A stretch of 64,000 nucleotides of DNA from Microthyrium microscopicum (taxonomy: Eukaryota), in NCBI GenBank assembly GCA_010405405.1, contig MU004233.1, positions 1,315,122 to 1,379,121 on the forward strand, written 5' to 3'. Below the pieces are notes generated by a model that saw only the letters and a list, made by a program, of their open reading frames with translations, had not been told where the DNA came from and did not search any database. Below, one piece after another: positions 1-11,900 of the stretch (position 1 is the first letter of the stretch; each line of letters begins with the position of its first letter). The position numbers and the translations under genes were made by a program.

Positions 1-705
1 TAGCCTAAATTACTAAAGAGCTCCGCTCTTCAGTAGCCATCTAGCTGCTTCCTAGGCAAATATAAGGATCTAATAGGTACGTAATTAAGTAAAGGATAGA
101 TAATATTTAATAATTTAGTATATAAAGAGAGAAAGAGAAGTAGAGTAGAATCTATACTAAGGAAAGAAGAGGGTAATACTTAAAAGATCTTTAGGGACGC
201 TAGTCCTAATTAGGACTAGCACCGCTAGATCTTTATTTAAGATCTAGCTTAACACTAAAGCTATTATACTTTAGTAAGGAATCCTTACAACTTTATATAT
301 CTAATCTAACTTATCTTTAAGATACTAATTAAACTATATATATTTAATAGGTAGTCTATATTCCTTATTTTGTTATTCTTTATTAAGAAGCTCGTATATT
401 AATATTATTAATATATCTATAGTAGCTATCTTAATATTATTATCTTTAATAGCGTCTATTTTAGCTAAGATCTAATTAAAATATAGTAACGTTATAGTAG
501 GAAAACGTGTATAGAGGAAATTTGTATATAACGCATTATTTCTGCTTGATACTTATAGATCTGAGCGCTAATAGCCCCTAGCCTAGATTTGGCTAGAAAA
601 CACGTAAACGAATGTTGCAGGATTTCGTTTGCTAACCCTCCCCAATGACGTTGGCAAGCTCGGCTAGATCCTTGACGATATGATAAGATTTGTCGCGATA
701 TCACA
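1..705. mobile_element. RIP-degraded transposon fragment, truncated by the window edge (possibly ending in an LTR)
   Basis: Very AT-rich, TpA-rich, CpA/TpG-poor sequence with no ORFs; it grades into normal composition and ends at ...atcaca (705). Family and boundary not determined. Confidence 0.5.
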
Positions 706-1359
706 TCTAACCCTTTTTAAGTCATTCAATCTATTTCTTGATCTTCTACAAAATCATCTCTTGGTATTGAAAAGCCTCAAGAGAAAAGGTCAATCGAAGA
801 AAATCAAACAGTGGTAATGGGCACCAAGTCGTCGTGAGATCAGTTGGCCAACAGCCTCAGAACATTCGTCTCCGAGAAAAGCGAGCTCGCGTTTTCCTCG
901 CGCGATTGTCCCCATTTGCGACCCTTGTCACTCACGATCAACCATGTGTATTACGAGATCAACTGCCTATAAGGGTTATTTTGTTACAGACACGGGTTGT
1001 ATTTGCTCCAGTAATCGCAACAAGCCTACGCAAGCCTACGCTGTTATACCCAATTTCAGGCCACAAAATACCGACGTTGGGTTATGATGAAAAATTCGGA
1101 GCGACGCCTGGGACCACAAATGGATATAGAACGGAAAATCTGGGTTGTACGATGATTGCTCAGGTAGTGCTAATCTGCGCTCTACAGAAAGCCGCATCCT
1201 ACAAGTTTAATGAATGAGTACGACTTGCTTGCCAGCTTGGGTTTAGGCAGTAAAATGCTTCATCATCACACCAGGGTCATGCTTTTCTGCCATGGCAATC
1301 AAGGCAGACTTCAATCCTGAACCTGGGAAACCGTAAAGACTCTCAATTTTGAGACTTTT

Positions 1360-2125
1360 TCAACCCTCGACTAGGCCAGCAGCAGGTTCTTTCTTCAGCG
1401 ATGATTTCCATCCGCGCAGGTTCAGTGACACTGGAGTACCCAGCCAAGCAGCCCGCTGTGTGTGGTCGCGATAGTCATCTCCAGTATTTGGATGAAGTAG
1501 TGCAGAAAGCGGACCACGGTGAATCATCAACCAGGGAATGAATGCTCCAAATTGTGCTGAAAACATGTTAGAGAGTCAGAAAATGAGCGTTATGCAGGCT
1601 GCCAGGCATACATACCTGGAGTGAAGATGTTCACTTCGAACATTGCAGCTGTTAAGTTAGATCAGTAAGAAGGCAAATAAGACCAGATGAGGAGGAACCA
1701 ACTGGGATGTGGACCGACTGGTTTGTCCCATACTCGGTATATGCGCAATTCCGGAACTAACAGAGTTATTGGTCAACAGAAGTGTTCCTGGGCCTCATGA
1801 ATTTCTTTCTCACATTCGCGTCGAATTCTCTCCCACAGCTCTTGTGCGTACTTAATCTGCCACTCATCGTTCTGCTGGAAGTAGACATGGACGTCAAAGC
1901 CACCTCTTCTATCATTGCTCAATGGAGCTGTGAAGGAATTGTAAGATGGGCTCAAGCTTTCAGACGGCGGATTGACGTAAGATTTGCCATCTTCAGCTTT
2001 CTCTCTTGTATGATGTCAACTTGGGGTCAATTCCCGTAGCTTGAATAGACATACTCTGGCAAGGCTGGCAGGTTTTCGTAGCCATCAATTGGAGACGGGT
2101 ATTCGTAGTCGAAAGGAGCAGACAT
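1360..2125 (-). CDS. DOPA 4,5-dioxygenase family protein (multi-exon)
   Basis: ATG at 2125 (MSAPFDYEYPSP); intron 2054-2005; later exons GFDVHVYF..ELWERIRRE, FPELRIYRVWDKPVGPHP, MFEVNIFTP, QFGAFIPWLMIHRGPLSALLHPNTGDDYRDHTQRAAWLG; stop at 1360. Confidence 0.9.
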
Positions 2126-2495
2126 GATTATCTGATATACTAGCAGGCTGAATTCAGTCAACTCGGTCAATCGGGGGTTCAGTCAATTTTATATCAACAA
2201 AGACACTGCATCCTAGATACGAGGTACCTTAAAGCGTTAGTCACACGACAATTAACAGCTGCTGACGAATTCATGCGTGCCAATTCCGCGATTTCAGGTA
2301 TACTTTGCTAATCGGTAAACAACAATAAAATACTATTGGATCCAACAGAAAACCATTGAGGCTCAAGAGCTAGAGGCTGACTGGCACCGGAATGGAGACA
2401 AAGTCAAACCGAGAGTCAACGATGAGAAGTTGAGTACTAGTAGGCCTGGGGCACGCCAGTTATTTTGTCCACATGCAGTTCAAATGTTGACCAGA

Positions 2496-2688
2496 CAAGT
2501 GGTTGACAAAATAAATGGCGCGCTCCCAGCGAGTGCGGATCTGGTATCGAGTGCTTTATTTACCATCGAGCGCGTTTAGACTTGGGCATTTTATTAAATG
2601 TGATGGGAAATAGCACCTTTTAATTAACAGCGTTCGTGGGAGCCATCGACGCTGATGGGAGAAAGCCACTTATTTTGTCCATCAGTTG
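2496..2688 (+). mobile_element. MITE, subfamily B, 193 bp (internally deleted)
   Basis: Ends caagtggttgacaaaataaa... and ...ttattttgtccatcagttg; 6-bp TSD ACCAGA at 2490-2495 and 2689-2694. Confidence 0.9.
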
Positions 2689-2707
2689 ACCAGAGACTGG
2701 TTAAGCC

Positions 2708-2781
2708 GCTAGGCCACATTTTCAGGCTAACAATAATTAAGGCACAAATATATTTCCATTGATCGCAGAGGAGGGGTGACT
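2708..2781 (+). repeat. 74-bp direct repeat of the AsnRS upstream block 5499-5575
   Basis: Differs from 5499-5575 by 3 substitutions, one 1-nt indel and one 4-nt indel. Confidence 0.95.
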
Positions 2782-3273
2782 TAACTTGCTAAAATAAAAC
2801 GGTACAAACGTACCATAGCAAACCATAGTTCTCACTCAAAAACATCAATATCTGGTACAAGAGGTATTTGGCCAACCGTTATATACCTATTACAGAACTC
2901 AAAGCTTAGTTTACTTCTGCCCGCCCGCAAGACAAACGTGTCATTTGATTTTCTACTACTTATACTACCCGGGTATATCCTTCAAGCTCTTAACTTCGCA
3001 ACATATCCCATCACCTCTCCCTTAGTCTCAGACTACCTCAGAACACCAGTAAGATTCCCGCTCCCAAGTTACATTTCGTGACGACATCCCAGGAGTAAAA
3101 ATAATAATCTTGTTTCCTATCGCACTCGATAGCACCATATCATGCGTCTTATTCGAGTGCTATGGTGTCCATCCATTCGGTAGGAAATTGTGATTTTCAC
3201 CCGAAATGATCATTTAGTCTTCAGGCAAGTTGGCATTGTTCCCAATCTTACGCTTACCAACTACAGCAATAAA

Positions 3274-4332
3274 ATGATGTCCTGCCATTGCCAGTCCCAA
3301 TTTGTTCACGATTACCATGATGCTCCGTTACGCTACTCAGATCAGATACGCCAAGTACAGACTGATAGGGGCTGCGATATAGTCTACAGGCCATCCCAAG
3401 TCGAAAAGTCCACTCCTATCAGCGCGCTTTTACAACACTCTTCTTCGTCAAGAGCGCAGCAAAATGTTTGGCAAACCAAAGTCTATGGCGCTCAGCTCGT
3501 GAACGATGGCCGACCTACGCAGAAAATCCAGCTAGTAACGTATCTTGCCGGCACCACGAGTCTTGATAAAGCAGTAGCAGTCTGGGTCTGCAAACCATCT
3601 TCCTTCAGCGATTTAGTTCAAATCGCTCTTCTCTATCGCAGCTACCCACTCCTGGATCAAGTGCCGCACGTAATGAGCTTTCCAGAATTTACTGGTTATC
3701 CATGGCGACACCGATGGCCAATTCAACACCGAACGTTGGATACTATAACAACGGATCACATCTACGATCAAATCTTATTTCAGAGAATAATTCGCGCATC
3801 ATTTCGAACTCAAAAGTCACCACTATGTGCGCCTGACTATTTCTTTTATTCTAAGGAATCAAGACAGCGCGAGTTAGAGGAGATGTTCCAAAATCGAGGG
3901 AGTATCAAAGAGCAAGGGCATAAATGGAACCTTTCTTACACCACTACGACTCCAGAACAACATGCAGATTGGTGGCCTTTTTTTGATTATGTAAAAAAAA
4001 ATATACCGACAGGAGAGTTTCTATTTGAGCCATACGTAGTATGGGACAAGATTTGGTTTGCTCGGACTATTGTAGAAACTGCCGAGTTCCCAGTACGCGA
4101 GGAGGTTTTAAAATTTGTAACCCAGTTGCAAGACTTACCTCAGCGCCCTAGCTCTACTGGCATATTTAAGTCTTTACGGAACTGGTCTCGATCCAAAAGT
4201 GATATCAAGATCACTTGGTCTGAGGCTGAGAAAGAACTGATCGAGCATGCTGCGATGGAAGTCTGGACGGAATGGCGACAAGAGGCGGAAAGAAAACTAG
4301 ACATACAGGCGATGTTGATTGATTTGGACTAA
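3274..4332 (+). CDS. Hypothetical protein; probable highly diverged tandem copy of AsnRS
   Basis: Intact ORF (frame open from 3190, first ATG at 3274). Collinear matches to Asn[55 protein letters not shown]. Confidence 0.6.
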   Translation: MMSCHCQSQFVHDYHDAPLRYSDQIRQVQTDRGCDIVYRPSQVEKSTPISALLQHSSSSRAQQNVWQTKVYGAQLVNDGRPTQKIQLVTYLAGTTSLDKAVAVWVCKPSSFSDLVQIALLYRSYPLLDQVPHVMSFPEFTGYPWRHRWPIQHRTLDTITTDHIYDQILFQRIIRASFRTQKSPLCAPDYFFYSKESRQRELEEMFQNRGSIKEQGHKWNLSYTTTTPEQHADWWPFFDYVKKNIPTGEFLFEPYVVWDKIWFARTIVETAEFPVREEVLKFVTQLQDLPQRPSSTGIFKSLRNWSRSKSDIKITWSEAEKELIEHAAMEVWTEWRQEAERKLDIQAMLIDLD

Positions 4333-4614
4333 CAGGAACATAAGGTAGTCGCCGCCGCTAGGGAGAAAGAGCGACATTTGATGTTAAGTTTGTTAACTGT
4401 GTTGCAGCCCACCGCCACGTACACCAAAGGTTTCAACCATTAGAAACAGTAGATCTGGTTGATCTGGCTCCTTAATCATCGCTCAAGCAATAAAATTACT
4501 ATCGAATTACTTTGTTCTGCTACTTTTGCTTCATAACGCGTAGCAAAGCGAACTAATTAGCTCAAGTCGATACTACTTCTCGAGTCCTAGTACAGGTGCG
4601 AGTTACCGGTACCA

Positions 4615-5001
4615 TTGTTCCTTCGAGCTCCAGCCCTGTTGTCCCTGTCTGAACTCCAAAGACGTCTATTGCGAGCGGCGCATCTGGCTGTCCTGATGGC
4701 TACAACAGCCCAAAGACAAACGACAAGAAGGATACTTGACGTGAAGCTGCATTCATGGATTCAGTCTTTCCTCAAGTTATCTAAAGAGCGATATTGAAGG
4801 AACTATGGATCTAGTATGCATTCTACTGTGCATTACCATCGGGGTTACGATCTCCCCTTGTAGAAGTTGTTGTTTGCAAAATTGATGCTTGCTTGGGTTA
4901 ATTGCAGGCCATCAAAGCCCCAGGTATTATGGCAGTCAGAATGAGTTTCTTAATGTTAAGTCGCTCCAAGCTCTAAATTTGAACCAATATTGTCACCCTA
5001 G
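4615..5001 (+). pseudogene. Remnant of the AsnRS C-terminus (3' part of the tandem copy)
   Basis: [67 protein letters not shown]; contains stops and a frameshift. Confidence 0.65.
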
Positions 5002-5011
5002 GATTGTCGGG

Positions 5012-5224
5012 CAACGGCATGGCAAAATAAACGGTGTACTCCCATCAACTCCGATGCCTCCCAAACGCTACGCTCTTCTGTAGAGTAGTTTACTTGCTAT
5101 AAAGGATGTTTTGATTCGAGTAATTTATCGAATACAATGGGAAGTATAGCACCTTTTGCTTAATGGCGTTGGTGGCAGCCATCAGAGTCGATGGGAGAAC
5201 GCCAATTATTTTGCCATGCCGTTG
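5012..5224 (+). mobile_element. MITE, subfamily A, 213 bp
   Basis: About 45-bp imperfect TIR starting caacggcatggcaaaataa; TSD GTCGGG at 5006-5011 and 5225-5230. Confidence 0.92.
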
Positions 5225-5256
5225 GTCGGGGACGACGGAGAAGGAAGTACAACCTC

Positions 5257-5469
5257 CAAGGGGTTGACAAAATAAACGGCGCGCTCCCAACGAGTGCGAT
5301 GGCTCCTATACAAGACGATCCGCTATTAAGTGCTTTATTTGCCATAGAGCGCATTCAGACTTCGATTGTTTATTGAATGCGATGGGAAATATAACACGTT
5401 TGAATTAACAACGTTTATGGGAGCCATCGACGCTGATGGGAGAACGCCAGTTATTTTGTGCATCGGTTG
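5257..5469 (+). mobile_element. MITE, subfamily B, 213 bp
   Basis: About 50-bp imperfect TIR; TSD AACCTC at 5251-5256 and 5470-5475. Confidence 0.92.
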
Positions 5470-5772
5470 AACCTCGACGGCAGTAGGCACCCAGGCTGGC
5501 TAGGCCACTTTTCAGGCTAACAATAAGGAATTCAGGCACAAATATACTTCCATTAATCGCAGAGGAGGGGTGACTCCGAGGCTTGCTTCAACTCAACCAA
5601 GAAACAAAGCTGCGACACCGAGAACCATTCGACAATTGCCAACTCGGGACATCGTTCGGTTTCAGTGACTCACCTTTTGGTATATATCCCTATTTCACCT
5701 CCTCGAAAACACTACTTCGCACGCATAATTCTCACCCCACATTTTTCTAGGCTCAGCCTGATATCGCGCACA

Positions 5773-7543
5773 ATGGCCGACCCTACGCCCAAATCAGTCA
5801 TATATGTTGACGAAGAGACCGGCCAAGACGAAACAACTGCCACTGGAACCCAACAGCTACCATATCGATCCTTACCATATGCCTACATTAGAACCGACGG
5901 AACTGCGGAATACCAGGTCAAGAAGGTTGTCCAACCTGGCGCTGCTGAGGGCGAACAGCCAATTGGTTTCCAACCCGCCGCAAAAGCTGCTTTGAAGAAG
6001 GCCGTCAATGCGCTTAAAGAGTTCCAGAAGAAAGCATCGAAAGAGAAGGAGCTAGAGACCAAGAGGCTCAAGGAGGACGAAGCTCGAGCTATCGCGCTGG
6101 AAGAAGCCAAGAAAATTGTCATCGAGGAAGATATGAGCTTACCAGAGGCTAAAAAGATCAAGCTAGACCAAACTGAAGGCATAACATTAAAGAAAGATGG
6201 TGTTGTGGGCACTCGGGTCATGGTTTATGGTCGCGCCCATACCGTTCGCAAGCAGAAGGATGTCTTTTTTATCGAGCTGAAAGATGGATATGGCAAGATG
6301 CAGTGTGTGTTGTCTGGACAGCTCGCAAAAACCTTCGATGCCATCACATTGACCCGAGAGTCATCCATGATGCTTAAAGGCACATTGTGTGAGCTTCCTG
6401 CTGGAGCTCGCGCACCGTTGGGTCGTGAACTTCAAGTCGACTACTTCAAGCTTCCTAAGAACGGAAAGGCAGCTGGTGGTGACGATGCGATTACTACGCG
6501 CGTTGCTCATGATACTGAACAGCATATCCTCCTCGATCTTAGACATCTCACTCTTCGCGGCGATAACGCATCGCAAGTAATGATTGTTCGCGATCAAGTA
6601 GAATGGGCATTCAACACAGCTTTCCGCGAATTGCGTTTCCGCAAAGTCAGTCCTCCAGCATTGGTTCAGACTCAAGTCGAGGGCGGAGCAACACTCTTCA
6701 AATTCGACTACTACGGCCAAGAGTCATTTCTCACACAGTCTTCGCAATTGTACCTTGAGACCTGTATTCCATCCATGGGCGACGTCTACTGCATTGAAAA
6801 ATCCTTCCGCGCAGAAAAATCACTAACACGTCGCCATCTATCAGAGTACACTCACGTCGAAGCCGAACTTGATTTTATCACATTCGACGACCTCCTCACT
6901 CATCTCGAAGCCATCATCTGCCGCGTCATTGATCTAACGCTTTCTGACCCAACGATTGCTGCTCATATCGAACGTCTCAACCCTGGCTTTACACCACCAG
7001 CTCGACCATTCCTTCGCATGAAATACTCTGATGCAATCCAGTGGCTGATTGACCACAAGATTGAAAACGAAGAGGGCAAGCCACACGAATTTGGCGACGA
7101 CATCGCTGAAGCTGCTGAACGTCGTATGACGGATATCATCAACAAGCCCATCTTCCTCACACACTTCCCAGTAGCCATCAAAGCCTTCTACATGCAAAAG
7201 GATGTCGAGGATCTTCGCGTTACCGAGAGTGTGGACTGCCTCATGCCGGGTGTTGGTGAGATTGTTGGCGGAAGTATGAGAATCGACGACTGGGAGGAGT
7301 TGATGGCCGCATACAAGCGAGAAGGCATCGATCCAGCTGGATATGGCTGGTACACTGATCAGCGAAAGTAAGTTAACCCATTGTCTTCTCCATGCCACTT
7401 GACTAACCATTCTTAGGTACGGTTCATCTCCCCATGGTGGATACGGCCTTGGTCTAGAGCGATTCTTGGCATGGCTCTGCAAGTTGCACACCGTGAGAGA
7501 GGCTTGCTTGTACCCACGATACATGGGACGATGCACCCCGTAG
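5773..7543 (+). CDS. DED81: Cytosolic asparaginyl-tRNA synthetase
   Basis: Class IIb aaRS motifs [49 protein letters not shown]; intron 7368-7416; last exon [28 protein letters not shown]. Confidence 0.97.
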
Positions 7544-7642
7544 TTGCATAAACTCTTCGTACTTGCTACACCCTCTCATCATGATTTCAATGCCTTTTTC
7601 AATTGTCTGCTATAGCACCATCCTTCTTGCATGTTCTCACCA

Positions 7643-8215
7643 TTAGATAGACCAAAAATGCACCCTTCTTCGAAACTTCTGTTGCCGAATACTTTCTCTC
7701 CTTGTCTCACTTGTCGTCATCGTCAACTTACTCATTGCATCCATTAAGCCGTCTGTTTTCTCCTTGATATCAACCACGACATCCTTCTTCCGTCTCATCA
7801 CTCTCCTCATCCATCCATTCGTCCTCCCTTTTGCCCCAACCTTTTCTCCTCCTTTCATAGCTACCCCTATTTCTCCAGCCGGCGATACCCCTCGACTAAA
7901 CACCCTCGCCACGAAACCCTCCTGTTCGCGCGGAACTTCATACCCCGGCTTCCACATCCAGACCACCGCCGTTGTCTGACCCGCACGAATTGCCGGCGGG
8001 GGTGAAGCAGACAGCCATATCACTCGCTTTGGCGCCCGTCCGCCATGGAGTCTCCGTCGCGTGCGTTGACGTTTTGTCCGCTTGGTAGCAAACAGACGGC
8101 GAACTGTTCGAGTACGCTGCGCGAGAGCGTTGGTCGTATGGTAGACGCCGATGAGGAATATGATGTGGGTTTTGAGGCGGGAGAGACCGGATGGTTTGGT
8201 GGATTTGTTGAACAT
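7643..8215 (-). CDS. Basic hypothetical protein; probable diverged copy of the C-terminal part of the neighbouring PHD gene
   Basis: 190-aa ATG ORF; KPS..L..I..IGVYHTTN vs NPS..L..I..VGVLTKPN; FSRGVSPAGEIGV vs FQRGNRNGGVIVV. Confidence 0.55.
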   Translation of the reverse strand: MFNKSTKPSGLSRLKTHIIFLIGVYHTTNALAQRTRTVRRLFATKRTKRQRTRRRLHGGRAPKRVIWLSASPPPAIRAGQTTAVVWMWKPGYEVPREQEGFVARVFSRGVSPAGEIGVAMKGGEKVGAKGRTNGWMRRVMRRKKDVVVDIKEKTDGLMDAMSKLTMTTSETRRESIRQQKFRRRVHFWSI

Positions 8216-8977
8216 GGTGGTATAGGAGTTGTCAGGAGTTGAGAATGTGGTATGAAATACTTGAAGAAGAGAGATTTGAGTTCTACAAGGTGGTTATATG
8301 TAGTAGCGCCATCTCCTCAGTTCGTTGTAAAAATGCTCGCGTGAGCAGTAACTGAACCTATGTGGTCGGTTATCGTTTGCTAGTGGCCAGGGCGACATGA
8401 TGCTAGGAAGACATCTTGGATAGGTGTCTTGAAGATTGATGTATGACAAATCTACCTGGCTCATTAAATAACCACCAGCGGTTGATTCTTCAGATAACTA
8501 TTTTATACACGATGGTCCTATCATCCCCTTTACTCACGCTATCACTTCTGCGCTAATATCGTCTATTACAGAAAGATGATAGATCTGTAGCAATTATTTA
8601 ACAGTCCTTTGTTTACATTGTCGCTCTTCGATGCCCATATCACATGGATAGATCTCAGGATGTGCCCTTGAAGCAAGTAATCACATTATCCAAGTCACAA
8701 GTCCCGATGTCTCAGCACACCCACATCTTCAACTCTTGATCAAACCAGGTTCTCCGCAAATGAAATAATGAGCATCTCATTGGTCGCCATTATTCTATAA
8801 TACAAACTAACACCCAACCAATGCAATCGCTATGCTAAACTCAATTTGATAGTCTCAGAAAGAAAAATGTCGTATACAGCCAACAAACAGGAAAAAAGTA
8901 GAAATACCAACCCAATCAATTCAGTATCGGTATCCTACAACTACAATCCAACAAAATTCACCACTACCCCCAGTTTT

Positions 8978-11900
8978 TCACTGCCTATTAAAGGCAAGCA
9001 GTGTCTCCGCCGCCGCCGACTCCTCTCCACCACGCTCACCGCCCAGAACCGCAGCTCCACCCTGCTGTAAGGCAGCCATACGCTGCGCCAACCGTCGTTC
9101 TACCTCTGCCTCAATGTGAGCCTCCAACTGGCTCTCGCTCACAAGAGCAGAGGCAGGGGCAGGCGGACGGTTGACGACAGCGGCTGCCTTTTTGAGCAAT
9201 TGCTCAGCCGCGTATCTGTAGAACAAGTTAGTATATAATCGTTACTGAAACAGAAAGGAATCACTTACCGCTTTGCCTTGCTGACGAAGTCAGCATGCAC
9301 CGCCCTCGGCGCCAACTTATACACCACCCCTTCCGCCGGCCCCAACCCATCATCATCCCCCTCCCAATCCGACTCCACCACAATGACACCACCATTGCGG
9401 TTTCCTCGTTGGAAAGTTGGGCGGACGATTACGGGTTGTTTGGGGTGGCGGCGCTTCCGTTCCAGGAAGCCCGGACCCGAGAGGAGCACGTCGTTCTCGT
9501 CGTGCAGTGGGCAACGGAACTGCAGACGGTTCTTGCCGTCCGCGTCCTCCACGGGTCCAGCTGCCTGGGGCGGATCGAGGCAGTCGAGATGCCACTGCGC
9601 AGGGCAGTAGTCGCATTGGGCGATGATGCGACCATCGCGCTGGCTGTCTTCGGTGCAGTGGTAGCAGCGCATGTATGTTTCGCGCAGGGACTCGTACTCG
9701 ATTGATTTGTCCTCGGCAGGGAAGAGGTCGCCAACGGGAATGGTAAGGGGGTTGGGTTGGCGGGCTTTGACTGGCACTTTTGGTACAAGTTCCTCACCGT
9801 ATTCGCCGTTGGGTTTGGTTAAGACGCCGACGTAGTAAGTGCGGATCTCATGGGTGAGTTGAAAGGCTGAGGGGTTTTTGGACAGCATCTTTTTGTATAA
9901 AACCTTGAAGGTACCGCTCTTCTCAAGTTGGTCCTTGTGCTCGGTCTGTACTCGTTCTTGTTGCTTCTGTTCGCATTCAGGACAGTAGAATGGATCTTCA
10001 AGTCGAGGGTCGTTTTCAGAGAAGGGTGGATCGCAGCAGTGCTTATGGAGAGCATGTGGACAATTTCTGCCATCACAGCAAACGAGGTCTCCACCATCAC
10101 CACAAGATTGACAAATATCATCGCTTTCATAATCTGATAGTTCCGAGTCAATGCTAATTGCATCATCATCTACCAGTCCTGCAGGAATAGGGCGGAAGTT
10201 TGGTGGAGGAACGTGGCCATTAGCAGGGCGAGAGTTTGAAATTCCTGCCGAAGTGTGCTTGTGCTTCACAGGTCTAGAATAAAATGTTAGCATGCGCTGA
10301 ATAGAATGAAACATGTATACATACGAGGTAATGACACGAGCCCCTGTTTTCTGCTTCTTAGCAGGACGAGCTTCAACATCTTGCGAAGCTCTAGCTGATG
10401 GCGGAACAGCAGGAACAGTAGGAGTGCCCTGAGAATGATCGCCTCGTCGTTTTCTCAGGATTCGTCCACCTAGCGCGCTGTCTGCAGGGGTATTATCCAC
10501 TGGAATAGGAGTGACTTCGCGACGAGATGGTCGAGGTGTTGACGTGCCTGTTGCTGGAGCTTTCGAACGAGTAACCCGACGCGCTGCAGTGGGTTGAGCT
10601 TGTCGAGGAGAAGGTTGAGGTGCTACAAGGGTACGTTCTTCAGAGACGGCCTGATTTCCATTTGGAAAATCCGCCTGTCTCGCAGCGAGTTCGTTCTCAT
10701 AGCGTCTCGCAGCCTTTGCGGTGTTAGCTGCTTGGTTTGCGAGTTGTGCTTCTTGACGGGTAAGGCGTGGTCCGTGGGCACCCATGCTAGGGGGCGGGCC
10801 AGCGGAAACAGCCTTTTCATCAACAGAAGAGAGAGCAGATGACTGAGAACGAGAGCGAGAGGCAGGATTGACCGGAACGTCTGGCGCATCTGGTATGGTA
10901 GTGTCGTCTGAGCTTCCTAGTGGTGGTGCGGGAACATCAGAAAGCTTCGTGGTTTCAGCAGGAACTTGCTTTTTGGAACGCTTTGACGGGCGTTCTTCTG
11001 CTGGAGGATCACTGGCCTTGCGTGTGTTGCGCTTTGGACGAGTATTAGCGGCAAGTGGGGTGACAGGTGCGGAGCTTTTTCTCGAAGGTCGCTGAGAGGC
11101 AGGTTTCGAGGGTTGCTCAGACACCAGTTGAGAGGAGTGCTCAGATACAGCTTGCGAGGGCTGCTCAGAGGCTGGTTGAGAATTTGGTTGGGAAGTTGGT
11201 TGAGAGACAGGTTGTGACGGCTGCTCAGGGGCTGGCTGTGCGTTTGGCACTGGAATAGGAGTAGTCTGTGAGATTGGTTTTGATTTGGAGCGCGTAGCAC
11301 GCGGGATGGTGTTTGGAGTAGATAGAGTAGTAACGGCTGCTTCAGCACGCTTTGGTCGAGGCATACTTGCGCGCGTAAGATCGCCGGTGGATGATTTTGG
11401 TCGTGATGGAGTGGTGTGGAAGCTGCCAAGAGGGGGAACGATAGGTAGAGTGGGTGGATTGGTGGTGATAGGTGATGGTGGTGGAATGGGTGCAGCTACT
11501 GGTGCTACGATAGTGGAAGTTGCAGCAGGAGTCTCAGAATGAGGTTCCGGACGAGAGACAGGCGCAGATGAATCGCGCGTTGCACGAAGGGCTCGAGTTT
11601 GGATATTCTCTTCTCGAAGACGAGCGTCTCGAAAGGTCTTGTACTTTCGACCAAAGGCTGCACGTTGCTCTTCTGTCAAGGAACCAGTGACGATAGCTTC
11701 AAAGAGTCGAGAGGTCTCAGGGTCACGCTGTGCCTCGTCAAAGAAGTCTGTAAGAGCTCGTTCGTGGCGACCTTCAAGCTGAAGATGTCGAGAGGGAAAA
11801 CGTTGTTTTAGCTTCTGGCAGGCTTCGTAGACGCTGTCTTGAAATAGTCTTCGAGGCCGGTTGGTCCAGGGAGCGAGAGCATTAGGGTCAGCCATATGTG

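Noticed and set aside
834..1217. 127-aa plus-strand ORF
   Set aside because: GTG start and no recognisable motif.
2448..5575. CRISPR-like or ncRNA reading of the clustered repeats
   Set aside because: The units have TIRs and TSDs and are dispersed; no repeat-spacer periodicity. No tRNA or rRNA was recognised in the window.
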